Virus record (IMG/VR): IMGVR_UViG_3300028177_000001
Location: 1 to 64,000 of that record
Length of the DNA stretch: 64,000 nucleotides
Direction: 5' to 3' (one strand)
Shown here: in pieces, positions 20,185 to 29,313 of the stretch
Layout: each line of letters opens with the position of its first letter
Position numbering within the stretch: position 1 is the first letter of the stretch
Notes under the pieces: generated by a model
The model's database searches: none
The model's input: the letters and a program-made list of their open reading frames with translations, nothing else
Told to the model about the DNA's origin: nothing
Position numbers and translations under genes: made by a program

Positions 20185-21510
20185 TCAAAGGTAGAACTGT
20201 TCGGACACGTCTTCGGCTGAAATCGCTTGTGGGACCTTCGCACCGAGTCTGTCTACGTCGACCTCGTAGCTCTGACCTGTAAGCACCGAGGCCATCCTGC
20301 GCTCGAGCTTCAAGATCGACGGTGCGAGGCGAACCTGGTCGCCACTGATGCCTGCGGTGCCCAGGGGTCCGCCCGTTGCCCCCAGTACAGTGTCCAGACG
20401 GTAGGTGCCCGCGTTGACGCCCGAGGCGATCGTGATTGTGGTATCAACCGCGAGCAACCCCCAGTCACGAGTTGTATCCTCGACTACGTTGTCGGAGAGG
20501 GCCCGGAGTGTGCCGGAGCCCCCAGAGGACACAGTGTACGCAACAGGGGTGGCCGAGGCTCCGCTCAACAGGGCTCGTGTGCTTAGAACCCTGTATGTGC
20601 CCGCGTTGGCCCCTGCCAGAACACGCAGCGCAGCGCCGACCCGGATTGAAGCAAACGAGAAGGAGGTGTCCGAGAACAGGGTCCTGTCAGTCAGGGTGGA
20701 GCCCGCCGACCCCACGATGGACTTTGACCCCAGGCACCACTTGCGGAGGTCCGCATAGTAGTAGGGCTCGATGTCCCAGGAGTTCGGAGCGGCTCCGTCG
20801 TCTGCGAGCTTTGCGAAGGCGTCCTTGAAGAGGTAGCTGTACGCATACAGGACGTGTGCAGGCTTCAGTGCTGCCAGAACCAGCGCCGCATTGTCCTGCG
20901 TCACAAACGGGTCCGTTGGGAAGCCTCCAGAGGCAGTCTCGATGAACACATCGATTGCGAACTGGTCCTCAATCGTGTACGCCCCGTCCGGGTCACGGGG
21001 CGGGGTCTCCAGATACCGCTCCACCACAGTGGCAATGAAGGTGGAGTCCAGAGCCTCGAGACCGCCCTCCAGCGAAGCCTTAGTGGCCCCCTGCATGAGC
21101 AGGAGAACCATCTTGTGGAGGAACTCCCGGTAGTTCAGGTCCCCCGAGATCTGGGGGATGCCCGTCTTGTCCGTGGCCCCTGGGAACACGAAGCTGCCAA
21201 TCATCTCCCAGAGGAAGTCCGTGCGGGTGAAGTCCCAGGCCGAGTCCTTGTAGATCTCGGCAGTGTTGATTTGGATGTCCGCCAGCTGTTCGGCCATGGC
21301 CTGGAACTGAAGGGAGTACCACGGACCGTTCGTGGATGCGACATAGTTCGACGGGAGGAGACCCCGGAACGCCGACATGATGGAGTCGACGAGGGCTCGC
21401 TTTTCATCCAGGTAGTCCTGGCCAGGACTCACCGGGTTGGGAGCGGGGTTCTGCGTCAGCGAGAACGGGATGAGGCTACTGACCTTCAGGGCGTCGTCGT
21501 CGTGGGCCAT
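20185..21510 (-). CDS. baseplate wedge-like virion protein
   Basis: N-terminal LLPSNY...QFQAMAEQLA...FLWEMIG...YREFL...QGAT pattern resembles baseplate wedge/gpI-like proteins; beta-rich C-terminus. Confidence 0.55.
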   Translation of the reverse strand: MAHDDDALKVSSLIPFSLTQNPAPNPVSPGQDYLDEKRALVDSIMSAFRGLLPSNYVASTNGPWYSLQFQAMAEQLADIQINTAEIYKDSAWDFTRTDFLWEMIGSFVFPGATDKTGIPQISGDLNYREFLHKMVLLLMQGATKASLEGGLEALDSTFIATVVERYLETPPRDPDGAYTIEDQFAIDVFIETASGGFPTDPFVTQDNAALVLAALKPAHVLYAYSYLFKDAFAKLADDGAAPNSWDIEPYYYADLRKWCLGSKSIVGSAGSTLTDRTLFSDTSFSFASIRVGAALRVLAGANAGTYRVLSTRALLSGASATPVAYTVSSGGSGTLRALSDNVVEDTTRDWGLLAVDTTITIASGVNAGTYRLDTVLGATGGPLGTAGISGDQVRLAPSILKLERRMASVLTGQSYEVDVDRLGAKVPQAISAEDVSEQFYL

Positions 21511-21533
21511 CTACTTTCCTCGGATCCGCATTG

Positions 21534-22178
21534 TCACCGGGCTCGGGAGACGACCTTCTTGATACCCTTGGCCGGGAGCCAGCGCACACTGCGGTTGCTG
21601 GGACGACGACCCCGAATCCCGTACAGGTACTCCAGCTCGTCGGCTCGGTCCTTCCGGTCCTTGAGAAGCTTCAGGTAGTCTGCCTTCTGGAACTCGGAGA
21701 AGCGCTCGATCCCGACCTTGCCCGTACTGTAGTTGACGGAGCGAACCACCTCGTGCTTGGAGCCGTTCCGATACTTGTAGTAGATGACGTCCCCTTCCTT
21801 GAGGTCCCAGGAGCGGAGGAGCGCGGCACCGTCGTCGGCTCGATCCTGCCTTACCTTCTCGCTGTCCCGCTTCCTTTGAACGGACTCATCCAGAATCTTC
21901 TTCTTGCGACTACGCCCGACGTATTGCATGATCCTCTGGTTGCCGGGATCCGCGTAGAGGTTCGACTTTCGCTTTCCCCGGAAGTCCTGGCCGTCGTCGG
22001 TCACAGTTCGGACCGTGTAGGGCCACTTGGTGGCACGGTAGTTGTGCTCGACCTCAGCCACGATCGCCTGGACCCACCCCATCCGAGAGGTCTTGACCTT
22101 TACGATGTCGCCGACCTGCATGGTCACACCATACTTGGCAGCATGTCTCTCAGCGACACGGGATGCGGAAGGCTTCAT
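21534..22178 (-). CDS. tagged hypothetical protein (SASRVAERH; SH3-like segments)
   Basis: ATG at 22178 with AGGAG RBS, downstream of a late-type motif; MQVGDIVKV and LKEGDVIY beta-barrel starts. Confidence 0.7.
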   Translation of the reverse strand: MKPSASRVAERHAAKYGVTMQVGDIVKVKTSRMGWVQAIVAEVEHNYRATKWPYTVRTVTDDGQDFRGKRKSNLYADPGNQRIMQYVGRSRKKKILDESVQRKRDSEKVRQDRADDGAALLRSWDLKEGDVIYYKYRNGSKHEVVRSVNYSTGKVGIERFSEFQKADYLKLLKDRKDRADELEYLYGIRGRRPSNRSVRWLPAKGIKKVVSRAR

Positions 22179-22204
22179 GGTTTGTCTCCTAACTGAAATC
22201 TGGC

Positions 22205-22219
22205 ATAGTCTCGATACCG
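22205..22219 (-). promoter_or_regulatory. putative late promoter variant (CGGTAT-N5-CTAT)
   Basis: Near-match to the consensus, 26 nt upstream of the start. Confidence 0.55.
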
Positions 22220-22301
22220 AAGGACACTGCCAGTCGTTTAGAGAGGTTCCGTCCAGAACAAGAGCAGGGAAGCCTCCCTGTCCCGCAGGGTAGAACACGG
22301 C

Positions 22302-23030
22302 ATGGGCATGCACACAACGGGGCGTCTGGCATACTGGCACATGCCTAAGACAGGAGGGTTCTCAGTCTACAGGGTGCTGAGGGAACTGTGTCCAGGCTAC
22401 TTGAAGCAGAGCGGCCCGGTGCGACACAGCCCCCTGGCGGATGTGGATCCGGCTCTCTATGGAGGGAAGCTCCTCTTCGGCACTGCTCGCGATCCTTGGT
22501 CGTGGTACGCATCTCTCTACCAGCACGCTGCTTCAGGAAACGACGGGCTCGCACGGTTGAAGCGTTGGGGTGAGGGAGACCCCTCCTTCAAGGCGGTCCT
22601 CCGTTCCTGGACGCAACCGACAGAAGACGCTGTTGGAGACCAGTTCGGCCCTGTGTGGGGCTATCCAGAGAACCAGGCATCCGCTCTGCGCCAAGACTTC
22701 CTCGCCTGCGGTCTGGGACTGTACTCCTGGATGTTCAATCACGTGTACGGGGCTCCAGCTCTGCCTCAAGTGTTCATCCCGACTCTGAACCTCGAAGCAG
22801 GCCTGGCCGACATTACAGGGCTCCCCCTTGAGAAGATCTCTGTCGTCCGCATGCAGAACAAGGCTCAGCACCGACCCAAGTCCGCCTTCGCTGACCCCCG
22901 GAGCGAGTTCGACAACGAAATGCTCGACTGGGTGGAGGCAGCGGAAGACGAAGGAATCACCACCTTCGGCTGGCAGCCGTTCAAGGCTCCTGACTGGACC
23001 ACCTTCAGACACACAACGGTTCCCGCTTGA
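22302..23030 (+). CDS. sulfotransferase-family protein
   Basis: 5'-PSB-like motif HMPKTGG and 3'-PB-like motif RDPWSWYAS. Confidence 0.65.
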   Translation: MGMHTTGRLAYWHMPKTGGFSVYRVLRELCPGYLKQSGPVRHSPLADVDPALYGGKLLFGTARDPWSWYASLYQHAASGNDGLARLKRWGEGDPSFKAVLRSWTQPTEDAVGDQFGPVWGYPENQASALRQDFLACGLGLYSWMFNHVYGAPALPQVFIPTLNLEAGLADITGLPLEKISVVRMQNKAQHRPKSAFADPRSEFDNEMLDWVEAAEDEGITTFGWQPFKAPDWTTFRHTTVPA

Positions 23031-23043
23031 AAAGCGGACGTAA
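23018..23043 (+). promoter_or_regulatory. putative early/middle promoter GGTTCCC-N12-GACGTAA
   Basis: Consensus boxes with a 12-nt spacer upstream of the transglycosylase gene. Confidence 0.55.
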
Positions 23044-23066
23044 GAGAGGCGCAGGCCCCCGCAGAT

Positions 23067-23663
23067 ATGGGGCACTGGAGAACCTCTATGCTCCGAACGC
23101 TGAAGCTGGCTCTGCTGTTCTCGGAAGGTCTGGTTGCGACCTACCTGGGACTGGCTGTGTTCCACGAACTACAACTCCCGGAGGAAGCCCCCGTGGCTCA
23201 TGAGCAGATCGCTGAGCCCATACCGGAACCTGAGCCGAGAGTGCCCGCCGCCTGGATGGCGCGCTGCGGTCCGCTGGCGCCCCCAGACCTGGACCTCCTC
23301 GTAGAAGAAGCAGCTGCTGAGGTCAACGCTGACCCTCTTCTTCTGGCCACCATCGTGTTGAAGGAGTCCAGCTGCAACCCACAGGCTGTGGGAAGCTCCG
23401 GCGAGATCGGACTGACCCAGGTCCACCCCAAGTTCTGGCTGGGCAGTCTGAAGGACGAGGGGATTGTCGCGGGGCAAGAGGACCTCTTTGTTCCGCAGAA
23501 CAACCTGCGCGCCTCGGCTTTCATCCTTGCGAGGCAGTTGCTTCGTTCTGAGGGGAGTGCGTGGGGAGCCTTTCGCCGGTACAACGGTGCAGGCCCCAGG
23601 GCCAGACGCTATGCCCGTGACGCCGTCGCGGTACATCAAAGCCTGGTGCTCTTAGCCCAGTAA
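23067..23663 (+). CDS. membrane-anchored lytic transglycosylase (SLT domain)
   Basis: N-terminal hydrophobic anchor; catalytic ESS, GLTQV and AFRRYNG motifs; start may be 23088. Confidence 0.85.
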   Translation: MGHWRTSMLRTLKLALLFSEGLVATYLGLAVFHELQLPEEAPVAHEQIAEPIPEPEPRVPAAWMARCGPLAPPDLDLLVEEAAAEVNADPLLLATIVLKESSCNPQAVGSSGEIGLTQVHPKFWLGSLKDEGIVAGQEDLFVPQNNLRASAFILARQLLRSEGSAWGAFRRYNGAGPRARRYARDAVAVHQSLVLLAQ

Positions 23664-23685
23664 ACGCCGTCAGAGCACTGGCTTA

Positions 23686-23718
23686 GGGGGGTCTACGCCT
23701 CCCCAACCCGGTAACTCT
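23686..23718 (+). promoter_or_regulatory. putative promoter GGGGGGTCTAC-N11-CCGGTAACTCT
   Basis: Both boxes and the spacing are identical to those at 42557-42589; heads the acidic-protein/topoisomerase operon. Confidence 0.65.
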
Positions 23719-23739
23719 CTACCTCAACCCGGAGAACCC

Positions 23740-24210
23740 GTGAACGACATTGAACTCAGGTACAAGCTTCTCAGCGACGTGCGAGAGATGCTGATCAAGC
23801 AGTGGGAAGACAAGCAGCAGGTCGAACGAGCTACTGCCGAGTTCGAAGAGCGAGCCCCCAAGAAGGTGAACCTGCCTACGGTCCGTCGGATCATGCGCAC
23901 CGCCGAGGAGCTCTTCGACTTCGTGAAGAACATCAACCAGCCGGACCGAACCAAGCCTGACGAGGCGGCTGCCGCCGAGTTTGAGGCCGACCCCGAGTTC
24001 GAGATCGAGGTGGCCGACATCCTCGAGGATGAGGTTGACCCGGACGACGAGGACGACGACATCGATGACGAGGACGACGACATCGACGAGGACGACATCG
24101 ACGACGACGACGACATCGACGACGACGACGACATCGACGACGACGACGACATCGACGAGGACGACGACATCGACGAGGACGACGACCCCGACACCGACTC
24201 CGAAGGATAG
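23740..24210 (+). CDS. small protein with long poly-acidic tail
   Basis: GGAGA RBS and GTG start; helical N-terminus, then about 55 residues almost entirely D/E. Confidence 0.8.
   Translation: MNDIELRYKLLSDVREMLIKQWEDKQQVERATAEFEERAPKKVNLPTVRRIMRTAEELFDFVKNINQPDRTKPDEAAAAEFEADPEFEIEVADILEDEVDPDDEDDDIDDEDDDIDEDDIDDDDDIDDDDDIDDDDDIDEDDDIDEDDDPDTDSEG
24043..24186 (+). repeat. coding tandem repeat, about 18-nt unit encoding I-D-(D/E)-D-D-D
   Basis: atcgacgacgacgacgac-type units repeated about 7 times with length variants. Confidence 0.9.
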
Positions 24211-24218
24211 GACCACTC

Positions 24219-26096
24219 GTGCCAGCACCCACCCAGACTGTCGAAGAGAAGTACAGGAAGCTCACTGACATCGAGCATGTCCTGCACCGTCCCGGCATGT
24301 ACGTCGGCTCTACCGAGCCCCGAGAAGAAGTGCTCTACCTATTGGTGGAAGACGACCTTCTTGAGGCTCGGTCGGTCACGTACAACCCTGCCTTCCTGAA
24401 GCTCTTTGACGAGGTGGTCTCCAACTCGGTAGACGAGCACCGGCGCAACAAGAAGCTGAACGCCATTAAGGTGGTGGTTGACCCGGAGCGCGGAACCATC
24501 CGAGTCTGGGACAACGGGGGGATCCCTGTCGTCAAGCATTCGGAGCACGACGAATGGGTTCCCGAGATGATCTTCTCGAACCTGAAGGCGGGCTCCAACT
24601 TCAACGACGACGAGGATCGGTTGGTCGCGGGCACCAACGGGGTCGGCTCTACGCTGACCAACATCTTCTCCCGACGCTTCCAGATCAAGACGTGCGACGG
24701 CAAGCATGTGTTTGAGCAGGAGTTCCGGAAGAACATGACCGAGCGGGATGATGCCCAGGTGTTGCCCACCTCCACCGCTCGGGGCATGACCCAGATCACC
24801 TTCACTCCTGACCTGAAGCGGTTCGGGATGAAGAAGATCGACGACACCCACGTCGAGATCATGCGGATGCGGTGTGTGGAGCTGGCGGCGTGCAACCCCA
24901 AGCTTCGGATCTACTTCAACGGGACCCGGTACAACTTCCCGAAGTTCAAGGACTACTGCGACCTCTACACCGACGACCTCATCTACGAAGAGGCGAAGCG
25001 GTGGAAGGTCGGCATCTCTCCCTCGTCCGGATCCTTCGAACAGATCTCGTTCGTGAACTCCGTGATGACCCGGGACGGGGGCACGCACGTAGACCAAGTC
25101 ATCGACCAGGTGGTGAACTGGCTGCGCGAGCGAATCAACAAGAAGCACAAGATCGACCTCAAGCCGTCGGAAATCCGTAACCACCTTCGGGTGTTCGTCC
25201 AGTCCGACATCGTCAACCCGGCGTTCTCCTCCCAGACCAAGGAGAAGCTGATTACGTCGCCCCGTGCCTTCGGGTCTCGGTTCTCGGCCAGCGAGGACAT
25301 GCTCAAGGCGGTCCTGAAGTCCGAAGTGCTACAGCGCATTCTGGACTGGGCTCAGCAAAAGGAACTGGCGGCTGAGAGGAAGGAGCTTCGGGACCTGAAC
25401 CGAGCCCTGGACAAGGAGAAGGTCCTCAAGCTCATCGATGCCAAGGCGAAGAAGGGGCGGCAACGCTGCTCCCTTGCCTTGTTCGAGGGGGACAGTGCCT
25501 CCAGCGCCTTCCGCAAGTACCGAGACCCCCAGTTCCAGGGAGCCTTCCCGCTCCGAGGCAAGGTCCTCAACGTGGCGGGTCTGCCCCCGACGCGCATCAT
25601 CCTGAACAAGGAAATCAAGAGCCTGCTTACAGCCACAGGTCTCAAGCTGGGGGAGGAACCGAAGGACCTGCGCTACGGCAAGATCCTCATCTACGCCGAC
25701 GCCGACCCTGACGGCGACTCCATCACCGGCCTCCTGCTCAACTTCTTCGGGCGCTACTGGCCGGAACTCTTTGAGCAGAAGCGGATTTTCCGGGTGATGA
25801 CCCCCCTTGTGGTCGTGTCTAAGGGTGCGAAGAAGCACAGCTTCTACACGCCCCAGGACTTCGAGAAGTGGCTGGAGGGGCGGAACGACCTGCCAAAGTG
25901 GGACATCTCCTACAAGAAGGGACTCGCCGCGCTCGAAGATGCGGAGTACCTGGAGATCATCCAGAACCCGCGAATGTTCGCAATCACCCCTGGCGCAGAT
26001 CTCCGAGGTGTCCTGAACACCTGGTTTGAGGGCGACGCCCAGGGTCGCAAGCTGAAGATCCTTCAGGAAGACGAGGCCGACGATGTCAGTAGCTGA
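24219..26096 (+). CDS. type IIA DNA topoisomerase, ATPase/TOPRIM subunit (T4 gp39+gp60-like)
   Basis: HVLHRPGMYVGS, DEVVSN, GTNGVG (GHKL ATPase), EGDSA, PLRGKVLN, DADPDG (TOPRIM), YKKGL. Confidence 0.95.
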   Translation: MPAPTQTVEEKYRKLTDIEHVLHRPGMYVGSTEPREEVLYLLVEDDLLEARSVTYNPAFLKLFDEVVSNSVDEHRRNKKLNAIKVVVDPERGTIRVWDNGGIPVVKHSEHDEWVPEMIFSNLKAGSNFNDDEDRLVAGTNGVGSTLTNIFSRRFQIKTCDGKHVFEQEFRKNMTERDDAQVLPTSTARGMTQITFTPDLKRFGMKKIDDTHVEIMRMRCVELAACNPKLRIYFNGTRYNFPKFKDYCDLYTDDLIYEEAKRWKVGISPSSGSFEQISFVNSVMTRDGGTHVDQVIDQVVNWLRERINKKHKIDLKPSEIRNHLRVFVQSDIVNPAFSSQTKEKLITSPRAFGSRFSASEDMLKAVLKSEVLQRILDWAQQKELAAERKELRDLNRALDKEKVLKLIDAKAKKGRQRCSLALFEGDSASSAFRKYRDPQFQGAFPLRGKVLNVAGLPPTRIILNKEIKSLLTATGLKLGEEPKDLRYGKILIYADADPDGDSITGLLLNFFGRYWPELFEQKRIFRVMTPLVVVSKGAKKHSFYTPQDFEKWLEGRNDLPKWDISYKKGLAALEDAEYLEIIQNPRMFAITPGADLRGVLNTWFEGDAQGRKLKILQEDEADDVSS

Positions 26097-27576
26097 GCGT
26101 ACAGTCGAGGATTTCTTTGACACCGAGTATCGGGCCTATGCCTTGTACACGGTGGGGCATCGTGCGATTCCTTCTCTGGTCGACGGGTTCAAGCCCTCCC
26201 AGCGCAAGATTGCCTACGCGGCGAACCTGCTCTGGAAGACAGGCAAGGAGAAGCCGCTCAAGGTGTTCCAGCTGGGAGGACAGGCAGCTGCCCTCGCCTT
26301 CTACCACCACGGGTCTCTGGACGACACCATCATCGGGATGACCCAGGACTTCAAGAACGGCATGCCCATCTTCCAGGGGGTGGGTCAGTTCGGCTCTCTG
26401 CGGAGCCCCAAGGCGGGTGCGCCCCGCTACGTGGGTGTGCGGTTCAACGACAACTTCCGACTGCTGTACAAGGACTTCGGTCTCACCACCGCGCAGGAGG
26501 AAGAGGGCGAGCAGATTGAGCCCAAGTTCTTCCTGCCCGTGATTCCCACGGTGCTACTGAACGGGGGCTCCGGGATCGCAGTCGGGTTCGCCACGAACAT
26601 CCTCAACCGCCACCCCCTCACCCTCATCGACGCCGTCACCGAGATCCTGAAGAAGGGGACCTGCGACACCCCTCTCACTCCTTGGATCAACGGGTTCTAC
26701 GGCGAGGTCAAGGAGCAGGACCGAAACAACGGGCGCAGCTGGGAGTTCCACGGGGCATACACCGTCAAGAACACCACCACGGTCGAGATCACCGAGGTCC
26801 CGCCCTCGTTCACCTACGAGAAGTATGAGACCCTGCTCGAGAAGTTGTCGGAGGAAGGGGTCATCCGCTCGTACGAGGACTCCTCTTCGGACCGGGTCCG
26901 CTACACCCTGAAGTTCACGCGGGCCGCTCTGGGCAACCTGATGGACTCCGACAAGCTGGGCCAACTGCTCAAGATGACCGAGACGGTCACGGAGAACATC
27001 ACCACCCTGGATGAAGAAGGGAAGCTGAAGATCTTCGAGTCCCCCACGGACCTGGTGCTGTACTTCACCGAGTTCCGGCTGGGCTACTATGCCAAGCGAA
27101 AGGTCCACCTGCTCGCAGGCCTGGACAGAGAGATCTCGGTTCTGGAGGGCCGGACCCGGTTCATCCGGGGGGTCATCGACGGGAAGGTCAAGCTGGCCAA
27201 CGCCCCCAAGAAGGAAATCGTCGCGCAGATCGAGGCCATGGGTATCCAGAACCAGGACGGCAAGTACGACTACCTGCTGACAATGCCCATCTACTCGCTC
27301 ACCCAGGAGAAGTACGCGGACCTCACCAAGAAGCTTGAGGAGCGTAGTGCCACTCGGAAGAAGACCGAGGCTACGACCCCGAAGGAGTTCTACCTGGAAG
27401 ACCTGACCGCCCTGCGCAAGCAGTTGGTGAAGGCCGGTTGGGGCAAGAGCTTGGTGGTCGAGACAACCAAGATCGAAGAGAACCCCGAGGGCCCTGTGAA
27501 GACCTGGCTGGCTGAGTCGGACGAGCCTAAGAAGAAGGCGTTCGACATCCTACAGGAGCTACTGAAGGGGAACTAA
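26083..27576 (+). CDS. type IIA DNA topoisomerase, DNA breakage-reunion subunit (T4 gp52-like)
   Basis: RAIPSLVDGFKPSQRK, YHHG, APRY catalytic Tyr, LLNGGSGIAVGFATNI; no GyrA beta-pinwheel CTD. Confidence 0.95.
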   Translation: MSVAERTVEDFFDTEYRAYALYTVGHRAIPSLVDGFKPSQRKIAYAANLLWKTGKEKPLKVFQLGGQAAALAFYHHGSLDDTIIGMTQDFKNGMPIFQGVGQFGSLRSPKAGAPRYVGVRFNDNFRLLYKDFGLTTAQEEEGEQIEPKFFLPVIPTVLLNGGSGIAVGFATNILNRHPLTLIDAVTEILKKGTCDTPLTPWINGFYGEVKEQDRNNGRSWEFHGAYTVKNTTTVEITEVPPSFTYEKYETLLEKLSEEGVIRSYEDSSSDRVRYTLKFTRAALGNLMDSDKLGQLLKMTETVTENITTLDEEGKLKIFESPTDLVLYFTEFRLGYYAKRKVHLLAGLDREISVLEGRTRFIRGVIDGKVKLANAPKKEIVAQIEAMGIQNQDGKYDYLLTMPIYSLTQEKYADLTKKLEERSATRKKTEATTPKEFYLEDLTALRKQLVKAGWGKSLVVETTKIEENPEGPVKTWLAESDEPKKKAFDILQELLKGN

Positions 27577-27580
27577 CAGG

Positions 27581-27607
27581 GCTTCCCTCGGGCGGGCGGC
27601 GACGTAA
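27581..27607 (+). promoter_or_regulatory. putative early/middle promoter GCTTCCC-N13-GACGTAA
   Basis: One mismatch to the consensus, same spacing, intergenic. Confidence 0.6.
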
Positions 27608-27628
27608 CATAGCCGAGGAACCGCTACC

Positions 27629-28030
27629 ATGTCTGAACTCACTGCCCACATCGCCGCCCTCAACGCTGCCACCCTCGCCTGGGTCGCCGAGGACCCCTCC
27701 AACCGTGGGGCTGGCCTTCTCGTTGAGGACGAGAGCTTCTGGGCCTCTCGGGGCATCCACACGGTTGAGGAGTACGAGCGCTCCATGGCGATGCAGGTCT
27801 ACTCCGACGTGTACAAGGAGAACCACGGCATCCGGCCTCGTTGGGTCTCCTTCGAAGGTCTCTCGGCTGCAGAGATCAACGCCATGGTGGACGCCCTCTA
27901 CCGCGACGCGGAGTCGCCGGAGATGAAGGCGGTCCGCGATGACCTCGCTGACGCGGCGGACGCCGCTGCGGCGGGTTCGGACCATCTCACCTTCAACCCC
28001 TTCGGGTCTCTCGCGGACCTGAAGTCTTAG
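27629..28030 (+). CDS. phage hypothetical protein
   Basis: GAGGA RBS; YSDVYKENHGIRPR motif; strong GC3 bias. Confidence 0.75.
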   Translation: MSELTAHIAALNAATLAWVAEDPSNRGAGLLVEDESFWASRGIHTVEEYERSMAMQVYSDVYKENHGIRPRWVSFEGLSAAEINAMVDALYRDAESPEMKAVRDDLADAADAAAAGSDHLTFNPFGSLADLKS

Positions 28031-28042
28031 CACGGAGCAAGT

Positions 28043-28510
28043 ACGAACGACACCAGACGATTCGCGGTTGGTGACCGCGTGCGCAGGTTCAACGGAGAGA
28101 GCACTGCTCTCCTTGGGAGAACCGCGTGGTACAGAGAAGGCGAGGTCGGGGTGCTCATCCCGGAATCGCTCAAGAGCGACGGCCGAGATCGTGTCGTCGT
28201 CCGTTGGACCCTGATCGTTCAGGGGGCAGATTACTCCTACCCTCCCGGAGAAGACCAGCTGACGGTCGTCCGAGAGGACACCCTCACAGCGGTTCCCCCG
28301 GCTGAGATTGAGGCCCACGATCGGCTGGAAAAACTCAGCCGGACCGGGTTGCCCGGGGACGACGATGAGAACCGATTCCTGTACGCATTCCGGGCAGCTC
28401 CTCGAATCGTGAAGCACCGTTGGAAGAAGGCGTACGACCGCATCCGTCTCGGACGGCTTTCAGACCTTCACGATTACGAGGACCAGTCCTACCACGACTG
28501 GCAAATGTAG
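28043..28510 (+). CDS. hypothetical protein (FAVGDRV SH3-like start); probable ACG start
   Basis: GGAG 5 nt upstream of an in-frame ACG; the ORF track starts at GTG 28079, inside the FAVGDRV motif. Confidence 0.55.
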   Translation, partial: TNDTRRFAVGDRVRRFNGESTALLGRTAWYREGEVGVLIPESLKSDGRDRVVVRWTLIVQGADYSYPPGEDQLTVVREDTLTAVPPAEIEAHDRLEKLSRTGLPGDDDENRFLYAFRAAPRIVKHRWKKAYDRIRLGRLSDLHDYEDQSYHDWQM

Positions 28511-28537
28511 GTTTCCTACTCAGGTCGGAAGACGTAA
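28511..28537 (+). promoter_or_regulatory. putative early/middle promoter GTTTCCT-N13-GACGTAA
   Basis: Exact downstream box and conserved spacing; intergenic. Confidence 0.55.
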
Positions 28538-28557
28538 CTGTAGTGGAGGCGAAAGCC

Positions 28558-28920
28558 ATGTGCGATCTCGACTACGACGACTACGATCCTGACTACGGCG
28601 ACCCCCGATCCGACGAGGACCTGACCTGTCTCCTGGATCCTGGTTGCTGGGAGTCTGAAGGTCTCAGCTGCATCGACAAGTCTGGTTGGGGCCCTCGCAC
28701 CGTCCTCAGCCCCAAGCTCTGCCCGTGGTGCTCGATGGAACACCGAGCGGCCTGGGACGAGTACCACTACGAGATGGCCGAGTGGGAAGAGGCGGCGGAC
28801 GGCCTGTGCGACGAGGACATGACCTCCCGCCAGTTCAAGGCTTGGTCTGCTCGTACCAAGCCCCACGCGCCGGACAGCGATCCTCGCGACGGCTACAGCT
28901 ACGAAGAACTCTACGGCTAA
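28558..28920 (+). CDS. acidic Cys-containing hypothetical protein
   Basis: GGAGG RBS before ATG 28558; CPWC motif. Confidence 0.7.
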   Translation: MCDLDYDDYDPDYGDPRSDEDLTCLLDPGCWESEGLSCIDKSGWGPRTVLSPKLCPWCSMEHRAAWDEYHYEMAEWEEAADGLCDEDMTSRQFKAWSARTKPHAPDSDPRDGYSYEELYG

Positions 28921-28950
28921 ACCGGCTTCCCATTCAAACCGAGGAACGAC

Positions 28951-29214
28951 ATGTCCCTGCCTATCCCCGCCAAGAGCGTCACCGCTGAGCTCGGGTCCGT
29001 GGAAGTCACGCCCAAGCAGGTGGCTCTTCTCATCAAGCTCTACGAGGGCTACTACATCCCCAACGAGGGGCGCTACCTGACTCTGGGTCGGGGCACCTCG
29101 TCTCTCAGGGAGAAGGGCCTGATCAACGTCCGCGAGGGCGGGGCTCAGCTCAGCTACCGGGGCATGGTCGTCATCTTCACCCTGGCCCAAATGGCCCGAG
29201 AGAAGGCAGAGTGA
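28951..29214 (+). CDS. small hypothetical protein (winged-helix-like)
   Basis: GAGGA RBS; SSLREKGLINV...LSYRG resembles a winged-helix wing. Confidence 0.6.
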   Translation: MSLPIPAKSVTAELGSVEVTPKQVALLIKLYEGYYIPNEGRYLTLGRGTSSLREKGLINVREGGAQLSYRGMVVIFTLAQMAREKAE

Positions 29215-29313
29215 CAAAGCTCCTCAAGAGTCACCTAAGATGAGCAAAGCCGAGAAAGCCTTGATGGTTGCGGCCATCATCTATGTCATCTATGTGATGT
29301 AGCTCTGGCGCAT

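Noticed and set aside
23719-24298. Poly-Val, poly-Ser, poly-Thr and poly-Arg ORFs overlapping 23740..24210
   Set aside because: They are alternative readings of the same GAC/ATC tandem repeat; only the acidic frame has an RBS and a folded N-terminus.
24219-27576. Calling the topoisomerase gyrA/gyrB
   Set aside because: The A subunit lacks a GyrA-box/beta-pinwheel CTD and the B subunit has T4/eukaryote-like motifs, so no gyr symbols were assigned.
27629-28510. TAG read-through or genetic-code recoding (code 15), suggested by in-frame ORFs across the TAG at 28028
   Set aside because: TAG ends genes normally at tight junctions (24210, 40850, 44994, 46199), long ORFs have no internal TAG, and no CUA-anticodon tRNA is present.
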